From: Thiotrichaceae bacterium
Lineage (GTDB): Bacteria; Pseudomonadota; Gammaproteobacteria; Thiotrichales; Thiotrichaceae
Direction: 5' to 3'
NCBI GenBank assembly: GCA_015490895.1
Contig: WFWY01000148.1
Coordinates: 5,522-69,521, forward strand
Length of the DNA stretch: 64,000 nt
The notes under the pieces: model-generated
What the model saw: the letters and a program-made list of their open reading frames with translations, nothing else
Told to the model about the DNA's origin: nothing
The model's database searches: none
Part shown: piece after piece, positions 47,818 through 58,317 of the stretch
Layout of the letters: every line of letters begins with the position of its first letter
How positions within the stretch are numbered: the first letter of the stretch is position 1
Position numbers and translations under genes: made by a program

Positions 47818-48237
47818 ATGCCCACGGATACAAACGCAGCTGTCACCATTGCACAGCAATGGCTGGATGCATCAGCGCGAACCGCAACTGAAAAGCAGTT
47901 TGATGCACATTTTAACCTTATCTCCAGGCGTGTCCGGGTAACGGGTATCCCTGGTATCGAAAGTGTCAGTTATCAGGATTGGGCGCGACAGTCGGAAAAA
48001 GAATTCAAGGATAATGTTCTCAAAAGCGTCAGCTACAAAGGGCTTAAGGTGGTTGCCAGCAATGAAAAGCAAATCATGTTTCAAACGCTTGAAACCATTG
48101 TTGCCAATGATGGGTTAAAGAAGTCCCAGGGTATTGAGGTAGTGCTGGAAAAAGAGGAAGATGGTGTCTGGAGGGTTATTCAGGAAAGGGTAATGCCGCG
48201 TGAAGAGGCACAGCACTTTGGGTTGATTGCGTCGTAG
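47818..48237 (+). CDS. Hypothetical protein, possibly NTF2/SnoaL-like fold
   Basis: 139 aa. The N-terminal helix IAQQWLDAS and the terminal DGVWRVIQERV pattern suggest an NTF2-like cone. Weak call. Confidence 0.4.
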   Translation: MPTDTNAAVTIAQQWLDASARTATEKQFDAHFNLISRRVRVTGIPGIESVSYQDWARQSEKEFKDNVLKSVSYKGLKVVASNEKQIMFQTLETIVANDGLKKSQGIEVVLEKEEDGVWRVIQERVMPREEAQHFGLIAS

Positions 48238-48415
48238 AGCAGGTGACATAGTAGCCTTGTCAGGCTGGCAAAACAGGAATGTAATCGCTTGAATCAGGAA
48301 GACCATCTGGAGAGCCTCGATGCTTGGATATAACTTCCCGGTGTGAAAACTGGCAAATATCCATAGTGGGTATGCTAAGCTCCTCACTTTTTCGATTAGT
48401 TAAAAGGATGTTCGT

Positions 48416-49183
48416 TTGTCCAGAGAATCACTGACCCGTAGAACCGTTCCTTTAAGCAGCAAGCTGGTACAGCAATCCCATTTATTTGCAGCACTTCCCG
48501 AAGAACTGGTGCGGGAGATGACGGAGTATTTTCGGGCAGAGCGCTGGGAGAAGAAGACCTATATTGATCAGGAAACACTGCAACATCGTTTCTATATTCT
48601 GCTTGAGGGGCGCATTGAAATGATGCGTACCAATCCGGACACCGGGCGTAGTATTACGCTGGATCTGTTGTCACCGGGTGATGGTTTTGATGTCATTACC
48701 CTGCTGGATGGAAGGGTGCATGAAATGTTTTTTTCACCACTTGAAGCGCTCAAGGTGATCTCTGCACCGATTGAAAAAATGCGTGAGTGGATCTGGACTT
48801 ATCCTGAGTTAAATCGTCAGTTTATGCCGTATCTGGCACAAAAAATGCGTGACCAGGAAGATAAAACGACAGATCTGGCCCTGTATGATACAACGACCCG
48901 CCTTAGCAGAATTATTTTACAAAACCTGAATAAGATAAAATCCTATACAGGTATGATTCAGAACGCGCATGAACAACACCTGGTCACAGGTCTGTCAGAT
49001 GAAGTACTTGCCCGGTTAGTTGGTTCGGTCAGGCAAGTGATTAATCAGCACCTGCAATACTGGAAAAAGCAGGGAGTTATTGATAAAAAGCGTAACCAGA
49101 TCATGATCAAGGATTTGCAGGCAATTATCGATGATGCGGATTATACGGCATCTATCTATCAAACGGATGGTGTTGGTGATTGA
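48416..49183 (+). CDS. Crp/Fnr-family transcriptional regulator
   Basis: TTG start. cNMP-binding beta-roll (FYILLEGRIEMMRTNPDTGRSITLDLLSPGDGF) and C-terminal HTH (LSDEVLARLVGSVRQVINQHLQYWKKQG). No FNR-type N-terminal Cys cluster. Confidence 0.8.
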   Translation: MSRESLTRRTVPLSSKLVQQSHLFAALPEELVREMTEYFRAERWEKKTYIDQETLQHRFYILLEGRIEMMRTNPDTGRSITLDLLSPGDGFDVITLLDGRVHEMFFSPLEALKVISAPIEKMREWIWTYPELNRQFMPYLAQKMRDQEDKTTDLALYDTTTRLSRIILQNLNKIKSYTGMIQNAHEQHLVTGLSDEVLARLVGSVRQVINQHLQYWKKQGVIDKKRNQIMIKDLQAIIDDADYTASIYQTDGVGD

Positions 49184-49321
49184 TATCTGAATTCACGACT
49201 TCATGGCGGTACGACGGCACCGATTATATTGTTCGTATGCCCTGCTTCTAACCCTTTAACCCTTTAACCCTTCATGTTTCCAGAGCTTCCTCATCTGGCC
49301 AAAAGCGTTTATCCTTCCGGT

Positions 49322-50245
49322 ATGTTTGCTTTTCTTTTTAAACGCATGATGAGTGCGATTCCTACCCTGTTTGTTATTGTGACCATCGCTTTTTTTATGA
49401 TTCGCCTGGCTCCCGGTGGGCCGTTTGATGCCGAGCGTGTAGTGCCTGCAGCAATCGCAGAGAATCTGGATGCCGTTTATCACCTGGATGACACTTTACC
49501 GAAGCAGTATGTCGCGTATCTTTCAGCTTTGTTAAGGGGCGACTTTGGCCCCTCTTTCAAATACCCTGACCATTCGGTGAGTGAGCTAATTGGTGAAGGT
49601 TTTCCGATATCGCTACAACTGGGAGCAGGGGCGATAGTACTGGCCTTGCTGGTTGGTATTGCGTTGGGCACGATAGCGGCGGTTTATCAAAATAGCTGGG
49701 TTGATTATGCGGTCATGTTTGTTTCCATGACTGGTATTACTGTGCCGAACTTTGTGATGGCACCGTTGTTGGCACTGGTATTTGGTGTATTGCTGGGTTG
49801 GTTGCCAGTGGCGGGCTGGGGGCAGTGGTCGCATTGGGTGTTGCCGGTAATTGCATTGGCATTGCCACAGATTGCAGCGGTGGCACGGATGACTCGTGGT
49901 AGCTTGATCGAGACCCTGAATGCGCCGTATATTCGTACCGCCAAAGCCAAGGGCTTGCCCCTGCCATTGATATTGAGGCGGCACGCTTCACGAGCTACCC
50001 TGTTGCCGCTGTTGTCCTGGTTAGGGCCAGCTATTGCTGCGACGGTGACCGGTTCAGTGGTGATTGAGCAGATCTTCTCTCTGCCGGGTATTGGGCGCTA
50101 TTTTGTTAATGGCGCACTAAACCGGGATTATACCCTGGTCATGGGAGTCGTGATTTTTTATGCGATGTTGATTGTCGCGATGAATGTGCTGGTGGATATA
50201 CTGTATCGCTGGCTGGATCCAAGGATTCAACATGAAAATGGTTAA
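49322..50245 (+). CDS. oppB: Oligopeptide ABC transporter permease OppB
   Basis: FKRMMSAIPTLFVIVTIAFFMIRLAPGGPF and GDFGPSFKYPDHSV closely parallel E. coli OppB. Start moved to ATG 49322. Confidence 0.9.
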   Translation: MFAFLFKRMMSAIPTLFVIVTIAFFMIRLAPGGPFDAERVVPAAIAENLDAVYHLDDTLPKQYVAYLSALLRGDFGPSFKYPDHSVSELIGEGFPISLQLGAGAIVLALLVGIALGTIAAVYQNSWVDYAVMFVSMTGITVPNFVMAPLLALVFGVLLGWLPVAGWGQWSHWVLPVIALALPQIAAVARMTRGSLIETLNAPYIRTAKAKGLPLPLILRRHASRATLLPLLSWLGPAIAATVTGSVVIEQIFSLPGIGRYFVNGALNRDYTLVMGVVIFYAMLIVAMNVLVDILYRWLDPRIQHENG

Positions 50246-51116
50246 TGTTCAGGAGCAGGTAATAGACCGCTCCCTGAGTCCATTCCACAAATCGTTGTAT
50301 CGCTTGTATCGCAACCGGGCGACGATGCTGAGTGTGGCGCTATTAGTCATCATCCTGTTGCTTTGCCTGATTGGGCCGGAACTCTTGCACTGGCGCTATG
50401 ATGAGGTGGACTGGGAGCATATGGGGGTGGCACCAGACTGGGTATCCGGGCACTATCTGGGAACTGATGCCAACGGGCGGGACTTACTGGCACGTATTCT
50501 GCAGGGTGGGCGTATTTCATTAATGGTCGGGCTGCTGGCCACGGCCGTGAGCCTGGTAATTGGTGTAACGTATGGTGCCATTGCCGGGTATGTTGGTGGG
50601 CGGCTGGATCACATCATGATGCGTTTAGTGGATGTTTTGTACGCCTTGCCATTCATGTTTTTCGTGATTCTTCTGACTGTTTATTTTGGGCGTAGCTTAT
50701 GGCTGATCTTTATTGCCATTGGTGCGGTAGAATGGCTTACCATGGCGCGTATCGTGCGCGGACAAACCTTGTCGATCAAGCAACGGAGTTTTATTGAGGC
50801 CGCCAGACTAAGTGGAGCGGGCAATGCAGCCATCATTTTTCGATATATTATTCCCAATACACTCGGCCCGGTAATTATTTATGCAACATTAATGGTGCCA
50901 CAGGTGATTTTATTCGAGTCATTTTTAAGTTTTCTGGGGCTAGGGGTTCAGGAGCCGATGACCAGCTGGGGTGTATTGATTGCAGAGGGTGCCGCAGAAA
51001 TGGAGTCTTCGCCATGGATGATTATATATCCAGCAGTTTTTTTGTCGTTGACACTATTTGCGTTGAACTTTATCGGTGATGGATTACGCGATGCCTTTGA
51101 TCCCAAGGATAGATGA
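50232..51116 (+). CDS. oppC: Oligopeptide ABC transporter permease OppC
   Basis: HYLGTDANGRDLLARILQGGRISL, EAARLSGAGNAAIIFRYIIPN. Start at ATG 50232, overlapping the oppB end. Confidence 0.9.
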   Translation: MKMVNVQEQVIDRSLSPFHKSLYRLYRNRATMLSVALLVIILLLCLIGPELLHWRYDEVDWEHMGVAPDWVSGHYLGTDANGRDLLARILQGGRISLMVGLLATAVSLVIGVTYGAIAGYVGGRLDHIMMRLVDVLYALPFMFFVILLTVYFGRSLWLIFIAIGAVEWLTMARIVRGQTLSIKQRSFIEAARLSGAGNAAIIFRYIIPNTLGPVIIYATLMVPQVILFESFLSFLGLGVQEPMTSWGVLIAEGAAEMESSPWMIIYPAVFLSLTLFALNFIGDGLRDAFDPKDR

Positions 51117-51162
51117 GGATGGTTAATTACATCCAATCCCGCGTGTCCACTGAGGAGGCGGT

Positions 51163-52128
51163 ATGAGCATGCTGGAAGTGAATAATCTCACTGTATCTTT
51201 TTCCCAGGAGCAGGGGGAAATTGCAGCAGTTCGCAATGTGAGTTTTTCCATAGACGAAGGTGAGACGCTGGCGGTGGTGGGTGAATCGGGTGCAGGAAAA
51301 AGTCAGATATTTCATGCCCTGTTAGGACTACAGGCAAAAAATGCCACGGTTCAGGGCAGTGCCCTATTTATGGGGCAGGAGCTGGTTGGACTCTCCGGGC
51401 GCGGTTTAAACCGTTTGCGGGGTAATGCCCTGCGAATTGTGTTTCAGGATCCCATGACGGCGCTTAATCCCTATCTGAGAATAGGCCTACAGTTGACCGA
51501 GGTGCTACAGGTGCATCAGCAGTTCTCATTTGCACAAGCGCAACGTCAGGTACTACAGGCACTGGAGGAGGTCAAACTCAGCCAGCCAGAGCGATGTTTC
51601 CGGCAATACCCGCATGAGTTATCCGGCGGTATGCGCCAGCGCGTGATGATTGCTATGGCACTGTTAGGCAGTCCACGGCTAATTATTGCTGATGAGCCTA
51701 CCACTGCACTGGATGTGACGGTGCAGTCCGAAATTATCAGTCTGCTGAGAAAGGTGCATGAACGTCACGGCACTTCTATGGTGCTCATTACACATGATAT
51801 ACCACTCGTTGCCGGGCTATGTGAACGCATAATGATTATGTATGCCGGAAAAGTCGTGGAAACAGGTACGGTGCAGGAAATCCATCAGCAGGCACAACAC
51901 CCCTATACCCGCGCCTTGTTGAAGGCAACACCCGCTAAACAGGTTAGTAGAGGGAGGCTTGCGACGATCACTGGCCAACCACCAGACCCAGGGCAGCTTG
52001 CGGCAGGCTGTGCCTTTGCACCACGCTGCACTCGGGTGGATGGTCATTGCCACGCGGCGCAGCCAGAATTACTTGTGCTTTCAGAGTCACGGCGAGTTGC
52101 CTGTTTTCATGCAGAGGGTCTGTCATGA
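51163..52128 (+). CDS. oppD: Oligopeptide ABC transporter ATP-binding protein OppD
   Basis: Walker A GESGAGKS, signature LSGGMRQR, Walker [12 protein letters not shown], and a C-terminal oligopeptide-type extension with Cys residues. Confidence 0.9.
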   Translation: MSMLEVNNLTVSFSQEQGEIAAVRNVSFSIDEGETLAVVGESGAGKSQIFHALLGLQAKNATVQGSALFMGQELVGLSGRGLNRLRGNALRIVFQDPMTALNPYLRIGLQLTEVLQVHQQFSFAQAQRQVLQALEEVKLSQPERCFRQYPHELSGGMRQRVMIAMALLGSPRLIIADEPTTALDVTVQSEIISLLRKVHERHGTSMVLITHDIPLVAGLCERIMIMYAGKVVETGTVQEIHQQAQHPYTRALLKATPAKQVSRGRLATITGQPPDPGQLAAGCAFAPRCTRVDGHCHAAQPELLVLSESRRVACFHAEGLS

Positions 52129-52934
52129 CATTACTGCATGTTACGAACCTGAGTGTGGAGTTTGACAAGCAGCTCAAGGCACTGAATAACGTGTCTTTTA
52201 AACTAAAGCAAGGGGAAGTCCTGGGTATTGTGGGTGAATCCGGCTCAGGCAAATCCACACTGGCAAGAGTGATTATGCGTTTGCAGCGGCCTACCGAGGG
52301 CAGTGTGCAATGGAAATCCCGTTCTGTCTCATCCATGAATCCAACGCAGTTGCGGAATTACCGCCAACAGGTGCAAATGATTTTTCAGGATCCACTGGAT
52401 GCCCTGAATCCGCGTATGACTATCGCACAAATTATCGGTGAACCACTACGCTACCTGTCACCGCAGCTAAACCGCCAGCAATTACAGCAAAAAATAGCCT
52501 GCGTTATTGCCGCCATGGGCTTGTCCCGGAGCCAGCTAAATCGCTATCCACATGAATTCTCAGGGGGACAGTGCCAGCGCATCGGTATTGCTCGAGCCAT
52601 GATTGTTGAACCTCAATTACTGGTGTGCGATGAGCCAGTCAGTGCGCTGGATGTGTCCATTCAGGCACAGATAATAAACTTGCTATTGGAACTGAAACAG
52701 CAACAGGGCTTGTCCATGCTGTTTATCTCGCATGATTTGAGTATCGTCCGACACCTGTGTGATCGTGTACTGGTACTTTACAAGGGTGAAATTGCTGAAA
52801 TTGCTGATACCGAAACACTGTACCAATCCCCCAAAAGTGCCTATACGCAGCGTTTGCTGGCATCTATCCCCCTGCATGATCCTGTTCAGGAATGTGAGCG
52901 AATCAAAGCATGGGCGAAGTCAGGTGATGAATAG
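52125..52934 (+). CDS. oppF: Oligopeptide ABC transporter ATP-binding protein OppF
   Basis: ATG 52125 (ATGA overlap with the oppD stop). GESGSGKST, FSGGQCQR, LVCDEPVSALD. Confidence 0.9.
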   Translation: MTLLHVTNLSVEFDKQLKALNNVSFKLKQGEVLGIVGESGSGKSTLARVIMRLQRPTEGSVQWKSRSVSSMNPTQLRNYRQQVQMIFQDPLDALNPRMTIAQIIGEPLRYLSPQLNRQQLQQKIACVIAAMGLSRSQLNRYPHEFSGGQCQRIGIARAMIVEPQLLVCDEPVSALDVSIQAQIINLLLELKQQQGLSMLFISHDLSIVRHLCDRVLVLYKGEIAEIADTETLYQSPKSAYTQRLLASIPLHDPVQECERIKAWAKSGDE

Positions 52935-53129
52935 TGAATACATCTCGCTCCCCCTCTGGTAGGGAGTAAGCTGGATCGTTACGAATGTCGGTTTTTTGTG
53001 GTGAACGTTTAGCAGTGGAGAGTGAGAGTAAAGCTAAAAATGAGCGATACCCTTAAAGCACTGGACTTTCCCTGGTACGGATAGTCTAATATTGTCCGCA
53101 ATAACGCTATCTATTCCAGCAGATAATTT

Positions 53130-54809
53130 ATGATGAATGAAACAAGCAAGCCTCTTAATTTTATTGAAAAAATCATTGCCGAAGATTTGGAGTCTGGCAA
53201 GATTACCCAGGTTAAAACCCGCTTTCCACCAGAGCCGAATGGTTATTTGCATATTGGTCATGCCAAGTCGATTGTGCTGAATTTTGGTCTGGCAAAGAGG
53301 TTTGGTGGTAGCTGCAATTTGCGTTTTGATGATACCAATCCTGAAAAGGAAGATGTGGAATACGTGGCATCCATCAAGGAAGATGTGCGCTGGCTGGGTT
53401 TTCAGTGGCATGGTGATGTGCGCTTTACTTCCGGTTATTTTGATCAGCTGCATGAGTGGGCCATTTACCTGATTAAGGAAGGCAAGGCTTATGTCTGTGA
53501 TCTGAGCCAGGAAGAAGCGCGTGAATACCGTGGGACACTCACAGAGGCAGGTAAGAATAGCCCCTATCGTGAGCGCTCTATTGATGAAAACCTGCAGCTA
53601 TTTGAGAAAATGCGTCTGGGTGAATTTGACGAAGGTGCCTGTTCCTTGCGCGTAAAAATAGATATGGCGCACCCCAATATGCAAATGCGTGACCCGGTAA
53701 TTTATCGTATAAAAAAACAGGCACATCACCAGACGGGTGACAAGTGGTGTATCTACCCCTCTTATGACTTTGCTCACGGACAGGGTGATGCGATCGAAGG
53801 GATTACGCACTCCATCTGTACGCTGGAGTTTGAAGAACACCGGCCGTTGTATGACTGGTTTATCGAGAACCTTCCGGTGCCGTCTACGCCACATCAGTAT
53901 GAGTTTTCCCGTTTGAATGTGAACTATACGGTGACCAGCAAGCGCAAACTCAAACAGCTGGTGGATGAAAACCATGTAGATGGTTGGGATGACCCACGTA
54001 TGCCGACGATATCCGGGATGCGCCGCCGTGGCTTTACTCCCCAGGCTATTCGTGAATTTTGCGATATGGCGGGAGTGACACGTACAGACGGTGTCGTGGA
54101 TGTAAGCATGCTGGAGTTTGCTATTCGTGAGGATTTAAATGCCAATGCCGTGCGTGCGATGTGTGTTTTGCGCCCTCTAAAAGTCGTACTGACCAATTAT
54201 CCTGAAGATAAAACCGAGACAATGATGGCACCGGGTCATCCTCAGCGGGATGACCTGGGCACAAGAGCCTTACCCTTTAGCCGGGAAATATTTATTGATC
54301 AGGATGATTTCAGGGAAGCTGCGAATAAAAAATACAAGCGCCTGGTGATTGGCAAACGGGTTCGCTTGCGGAATGCCTATGTCATTGAAGCGGATGAGGC
54401 CATCAAGAATGAGCAGGGTAAAATCATAGAAGTTCATGCCAGAGTGATTGAAGATACGGTCGGTAAAAATCCGGCGGATGGCATTAAGCCTAAGGGTGTT
54501 ATTCACTGGGTGTCTGCTGATATGCATGTGGATTGTGAGGTGCGTTTGTATGACCGTCTGTTTACCGAAGAAGCCCCCGATGCCGGAGGTAAGGACTTTC
54601 TGGAGTCCATTAACCCTGACAGTCTTGAGATTGTGACAGGTTGTAAAGGTGAGGTTACGCTGGCAAATGCCAGGTTGACTGATCATTTTCAGTTTGAGCG
54701 GGAGGGTTATTTTATTCTGGATTCCAGCTACTCAGAGCCGGATCAACCGGTGTTTAATCGAACGATTGGTTTGCGGGATAGCTGGAATAATAACCCGGCA
54801 TTAAAATAA
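53130..54809 (+). CDS. glnS: Glutamine--tRNA ligase
   Basis: [17 protein letters not shown] (HIGH) and VTSKRKL (KMSKS equivalent). 559 aa. Confidence 0.95.
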   Translation: MMNETSKPLNFIEKIIAEDLESGKITQVKTRFPPEPNGYLHIGHAKSIVLNFGLAKRFGGSCNLRFDDTNPEKEDVEYVASIKEDVRWLGFQWHGDVRFTSGYFDQLHEWAIYLIKEGKAYVCDLSQEEAREYRGTLTEAGKNSPYRERSIDENLQLFEKMRLGEFDEGACSLRVKIDMAHPNMQMRDPVIYRIKKQAHHQTGDKWCIYPSYDFAHGQGDAIEGITHSICTLEFEEHRPLYDWFIENLPVPSTPHQYEFSRLNVNYTVTSKRKLKQLVDENHVDGWDDPRMPTISGMRRRGFTPQAIREFCDMAGVTRTDGVVDVSMLEFAIREDLNANAVRAMCVLRPLKVVLTNYPEDKTETMMAPGHPQRDDLGTRALPFSREIFIDQDDFREAANKKYKRLVIGKRVRLRNAYVIEADEAIKNEQGKIIEVHARVIEDTVGKNPADGIKPKGVIHWVSADMHVDCEVRLYDRLFTEEAPDAGGKDFLESINPDSLEIVTGCKGEVTLANARLTDHFQFEREGYFILDSSYSEPDQPVFNRTIGLRDSWNNNPALK

Positions 54810-54904
54810 TGTCATGCGGCAAATTGTTGAGCTCAGGCTAGGAGCCTATCTCTTTAGTGATATTTTTTATGGAGCTAGTTTGTTATTTGCTGTTAGCATC
54901 AAGT

Positions 54905-54925
54905 TGTGGATAACTTTGTGGATAA
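54905..54925 (-). promoter_or_regulatory. Two tandem perfect DnaA boxes
   Basis: TGTGGATAA at 54905-54913 and again at 54917-54925, the reverse complement of the consensus TTATCCACA. The two are 3 bp apart in the same orientation. Confidence 0.7.
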
Positions 54926-55007
54926 AAAAAGAGATATTACGAGAGTTTCTAGGAAAAATACATAAGACCTTGATTTGCAAATATGCCAAGGAGGTAATTT
55001 ACTTTAT

Positions 55008-55033
55008 AATCAATAAGTTATTATTTATCCAGA
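55008..55033 (+). promoter_or_regulatory. IHF-consensus site followed by a near-consensus DnaA box
   Basis: AATCAATAAGTTA (55008-55020) fits WATCAANNNNTTR. TTATCCAGA (55025-55033) has one mismatch to TTATCCACA and is oriented opposite to the tandem boxes. Confidence 0.45.
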
Positions 55034-55239
55034 TGGGCTTGCTATATGAGTATGGAAAACTACCAGGTCTTCCAGGGGATGTGAATAAGCAATCTTTTTT
55101 GGCTCGTTGTCGTCGAAAAAAATGAGCTAAAGTCAGTTTGGGTGTAACGCTTTGAAGCTATCCCCAAAGGGTTAGAGGAAAGAAAATACCCATTTACTGC
55201 ACAGCGGGATGCACAAAGTGAAGTACTCTCCCGCCGAAA

Positions 55240-56616
55240 CTAGATTTCCTTGATATTTGCAACCAGGTCATTAGCGACTTGCTGGGCATCACCGTATAAC
55301 ATGCGTGTGTTGTCAGCAAAGAACAGGTGATTTTCAATACCGGAGAATCCCTTGCCCTTGCCACGTTTAATGACAATAACATTTTTCGATTTATCAGCAT
55401 TCAGTATGGGCATACCATAAATAGGACTGTTTGGATCGGTACGAGCCGCGGGATTGACGACATCGTTGGCACCGATGACGAGTGTGACATCGGTTGTTGG
55501 AAACTCTTCGTTGATTTCATCCAGGTCGTAGATAATATCATAGGGAACCCCTGCCTCTGCCAATAGCACATTCATATGGCCTGGCATACGTCCGGCAACA
55601 GGATGTATGGCGAACTTGACAGTCACATTATGTTCCTGGAGCTGTTTGACCAGCTCCCATATTTTGTGTTGTGCCTGGGCGACTGCCATGCCATAGCCGG
55701 GCACGATGATAACCTTGTCAGCAAAGGCCATCATCACGGCCACGTCAGGCGCCTCAATTTCTTTCATGGAGCCTGTGACTTCCTGGGCATCACCGCTGGT
55801 TTCGCCAAAGTTGCTGAAGAGTACATTGCTGATAGGCCGGTTCATGGCTTTGGCCATCAGCTGAGTTAACAGGGTGCCGGCAGAGCCGACGACAATACCG
55901 GCAATCATCATGGCCGGGTTTTCCAGTACGTAGCCTTCAAAGCCTACTGCCAGGCCAGTGAGAGCATTGAACAGGGAAATTATCACGGGCATATCCGCAC
56001 CCCCGATGGGTACGGTCATCATGACACCCAATGCCAATGCCAGCATAAAAAAGATAAACAGGCCCAGCATGCTGTAATCACTGCCACCGAAAGCGATCAT
56101 GAGCCCAAGGGCAACCGTTGTCAGAAAGACTGTACCATTAACGAGCTGTTGTTTGGGGAAGCGAATGGTTTTACGCATAATGCCCTGTAGCTTGGCATAG
56201 GCGACCAGTGAGCCGGAAAAGGCCATGGTGCCGATGAGTGCACCGATCACTGCGAGAATCTGTACGATCTGGCTCATGTTGTCCTGGCGTATCAGTTCAA
56301 CCGCAGCGATGAGCGCAGCTGCACCCCCTCCTAGGCCATTATAGAGAGCAACCATTTGTGGCATGTCTGTCATGGCGACTTTCTTGCCTGAGACCCATGC
56401 GAGATAGCCACCAAGCCCCATGGCGATTACAATGAGAATGATATTGTCAATGTGGTGAACTGCCGGATGAAAGAAAGTGGCGAGTGTGGCGACTACCATG
56501 CCAATACCCGCCCAGACGATGCCTTTGCGGGCATCGCTGGGTGAGCTCATTTTCTTCAGGCCGTAAATAAAAAGGACGGCAGCAGCAAAGTAGGATGCCT
56601 GAACGATAAAATCCAT
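55240..56616 (-). CDS. pntB: NAD(P) transhydrogenase subunit beta
   Basis: 458 aa with a polytopic N-terminal half. C-terminal dIII domain includes VIIVPGYGMAVAQAQH and GANDVVNPAA. Confidence 0.95.
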   Translation of the reverse strand: MDFIVQASYFAAAVLFIYGLKKMSSPSDARKGIVWAGIGMVVATLATFFHPAVHHIDNIILIVIAMGLGGYLAWVSGKKVAMTDMPQMVALYNGLGGGAAALIAAVELIRQDNMSQIVQILAVIGALIGTMAFSGSLVAYAKLQGIMRKTIRFPKQQLVNGTVFLTTVALGLMIAFGGSDYSMLGLFIFFMLALALGVMMTVPIGGADMPVIISLFNALTGLAVGFEGYVLENPAMMIAGIVVGSAGTLLTQLMAKAMNRPISNVLFSNFGETSGDAQEVTGSMKEIEAPDVAVMMAFADKVIIVPGYGMAVAQAQHKIWELVKQLQEHNVTVKFAIHPVAGRMPGHMNVLLAEAGVPYDIIYDLDEINEEFPTTDVTLVIGANDVVNPAARTDPNSPIYGMPILNADKSKNVIVIKRGKGKGFSGIENHLFFADNTRMLYGDAQQVANDLVANIKEI

Positions 56617-56915
56617 TAGTTGTCTCCTTTCTTCTTGCTGTCAGAGGTTTTGAACATTTCCAGCATCCGTTCAGTTACTACATAGCCTCCCGCAGCATTG
56701 CCGGCGGCCAATAGTACCGCAAAAAAGCCAATCACCATTTCCAGTTGTGTATTGGCGTGACCGAGCGCTACCATGGCACCAACCAGTACGATGCCATGGA
56801 CGAAGTTGGAACCCGACATCAGGGGGGTATGCAAGATAACAGGTACCTTGGAAATCACTTCATAGCCAGTAAAGGCGGCCAACATAAAAATATAGAGTGC
56901 AACGAAGCCTTCCAT
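56616..56915 (-). CDS. pntA: NAD(P) transhydrogenase subunit alpha, part 2 (membrane)
   Basis: 99 aa with three TM helices (FMLAAFTGYEVISKVPVILHTPLMSGSNFVHGIVLVGA). ATGA-type coupling on both sides. Confidence 0.9.
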   Translation of the reverse strand: MEGFVALYIFMLAAFTGYEVISKVPVILHTPLMSGSNFVHGIVLVGAMVALGHANTQLEMVIGFFAVLLAAGNAAGGYVVTERMLEMFKTSDSKKKGDN

Positions 56916-58045
56916 TAACCTTCTCCTTCGAGTTGTTCGCGTGTGGGTAGATGATGGGTTTCGCCGTCATGTGTCAATAGGGCGCCGCTGATGACTTCAT
57001 CCTCAAAATCGGGCTGGTATTCACCGTCAACAATCATTGGCGATAAAAAATTAAATAGATTCTTGGCGTACATTTCACTGGCATGTACCGGAACCTGACT
57101 GGCTACATTTAAAGGCGCATGAATAATAACACCCTTATGTTCAATGGTTTCTCCAGCCTGTGTGAGTGTGCAATTCCCACCGCTTTCAGCGGCCAGATCA
57201 ATGATAACAGCACCTTTTTTCATACCATCGACGGTGGTTTCAGGAATAATTTTGGGAGCCGGGCGACCGGGAACCGATGCGGTGGTAATCAGTACATCTG
57301 CTGTAGCGATGTAGTCGGCCAGTTCTTGTTGCTGTTGCTGTTTTTCTTCATCAGTGAGTTCGCGGGCATAGCCACCTTCGCCTGTTGCAGAAATACTGAG
57401 CTCAATAGATTTGGCTCCCAGTGATTCAATTTGTTCTTTGGTTTCGGGGCGAACATCATAGGCTTCCACCATGGCGCCCAGACGCTTGGCGGTAGCAATC
57501 GCTTGCAAGCCGGCAACACCGACACCAATAATAATAACCCTGGAGGGGCGAATGGTTCCTGCGGCGGTGGTGAGCATGGGGAAAAAACGCGGTGCCAGAT
57601 CCGCGCCCATGATAGCTGCCTTGTAACCGGCTACGGCTGCTTGCGAAGAGAGCACGTCCATGGATTGTGCCCGTGAAATCCGTGGTACCAGCTCCATTGC
57701 AAAACTGGTAATTTTCTTTTCATTGAGCCTGGTAACAACTTCCGGGTGTTTATGCGCCAGCAAGGTGCCAATTAATACGCTGTTATCCTGCATATTCTCT
57801 ACTTCTGCGACGGTGGGGGTTTGTACCCGTAAGATAATGTCCGCCTGTTTGGCCAGTGTGGCGGCACTATCAACCATTGTTGCGCCGGCAAACATCTCAT
57901 CGGGTATGAGCGCGCCTTGCCCTGCATTTTTTTCAACCAGAACCTCAAGGCCCAGATCATTCAGTTTTTTAATGACGGTTGGCTCAATCGCAACGCGACG
58001 TTCGCCTGTTGCGGTTTCACGTGGAATACCCACTTTTAGTGTCAT
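56915..58045 (-). CDS. pntA: NAD(P) transhydrogenase subunit alpha, part 1 (dI, alanine dehydrogenase-like)
   Basis: VGIPRETATGERRVA, Rossmann motif VIIIGVGVAGLQAIATAKRLGA. 376 aa. Confidence 0.93.
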   Translation of the reverse strand: MTLKVGIPRETATGERRVAIEPTVIKKLNDLGLEVLVEKNAGQGALIPDEMFAGATMVDSAATLAKQADIILRVQTPTVAEVENMQDNSVLIGTLLAHKHPEVVTRLNEKKITSFAMELVPRISRAQSMDVLSSQAAVAGYKAAIMGADLAPRFFPMLTTAAGTIRPSRVIIIGVGVAGLQAIATAKRLGAMVEAYDVRPETKEQIESLGAKSIELSISATGEGGYARELTDEEKQQQQQELADYIATADVLITTASVPGRPAPKIIPETTVDGMKKGAVIIDLAAESGGNCTLTQAGETIEHKGVIIHAPLNVASQVPVHASEMYAKNLFNFLSPMIVDGEYQPDFEDEVISGALLTHDGETHHLPTREQLEGEG

Positions 58046-58317
58046 AAAGAAACTCCTTTGTACGGAATACAGGTTTTAGCTACCAGCAAGTTTAGCGATT
58101 TTGCCTAATGTGTGCTGAAGAATGGCAGGCAAGATGCAAATGAACGGGCATTCTAACGGAAATGTGTCCGGAAATGCACCCCCTCAATATTTTCAAAATC
58201 GAGTAAAGCATTTTTCTCTGGGGGGTTCAATCGTTATACTCATTGCTGCGGTCTGTATGTAAAGGCCAATGATAAACTGTAATCTATTGATATAACTAAA
58301 CATAAGAAAGAAAGCCT

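Noticed and set aside
48830-48850. Sigma-54-like TGGCAC-N5-ATGC motif
   Set aside because: It lies inside the Crp-family coding sequence, has an imperfect -12 element and has no downstream gene start.
54814-55125. 103-aa ORF filling the glnS-pntB spacer
   Set aside because: It is very AT-rich, has no RBS context (it starts 5 nt after the glnS stop) and has an odd Leu/Ile/Lys/Phe composition with no recognisable family. The DnaA boxes and IHF site lie inside it. It is more likely non-coding, though this is not proven.
54810-55239. Possibility that the DnaA-box region is the chromosomal origin (oriC)
   Set aside because: There are only 2 perfect and 1-2 imperfect boxes. I saw no clear array of AT-rich 13-mer unwinding repeats and no GATC clustering. 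None of the usual flanking genes (dnaA, dnaN, gidA, mioC, rpmH) are present. I kept it as a datA/DARS-like candidate instead. GC-skew and the dnaA position in the full genome would decide.
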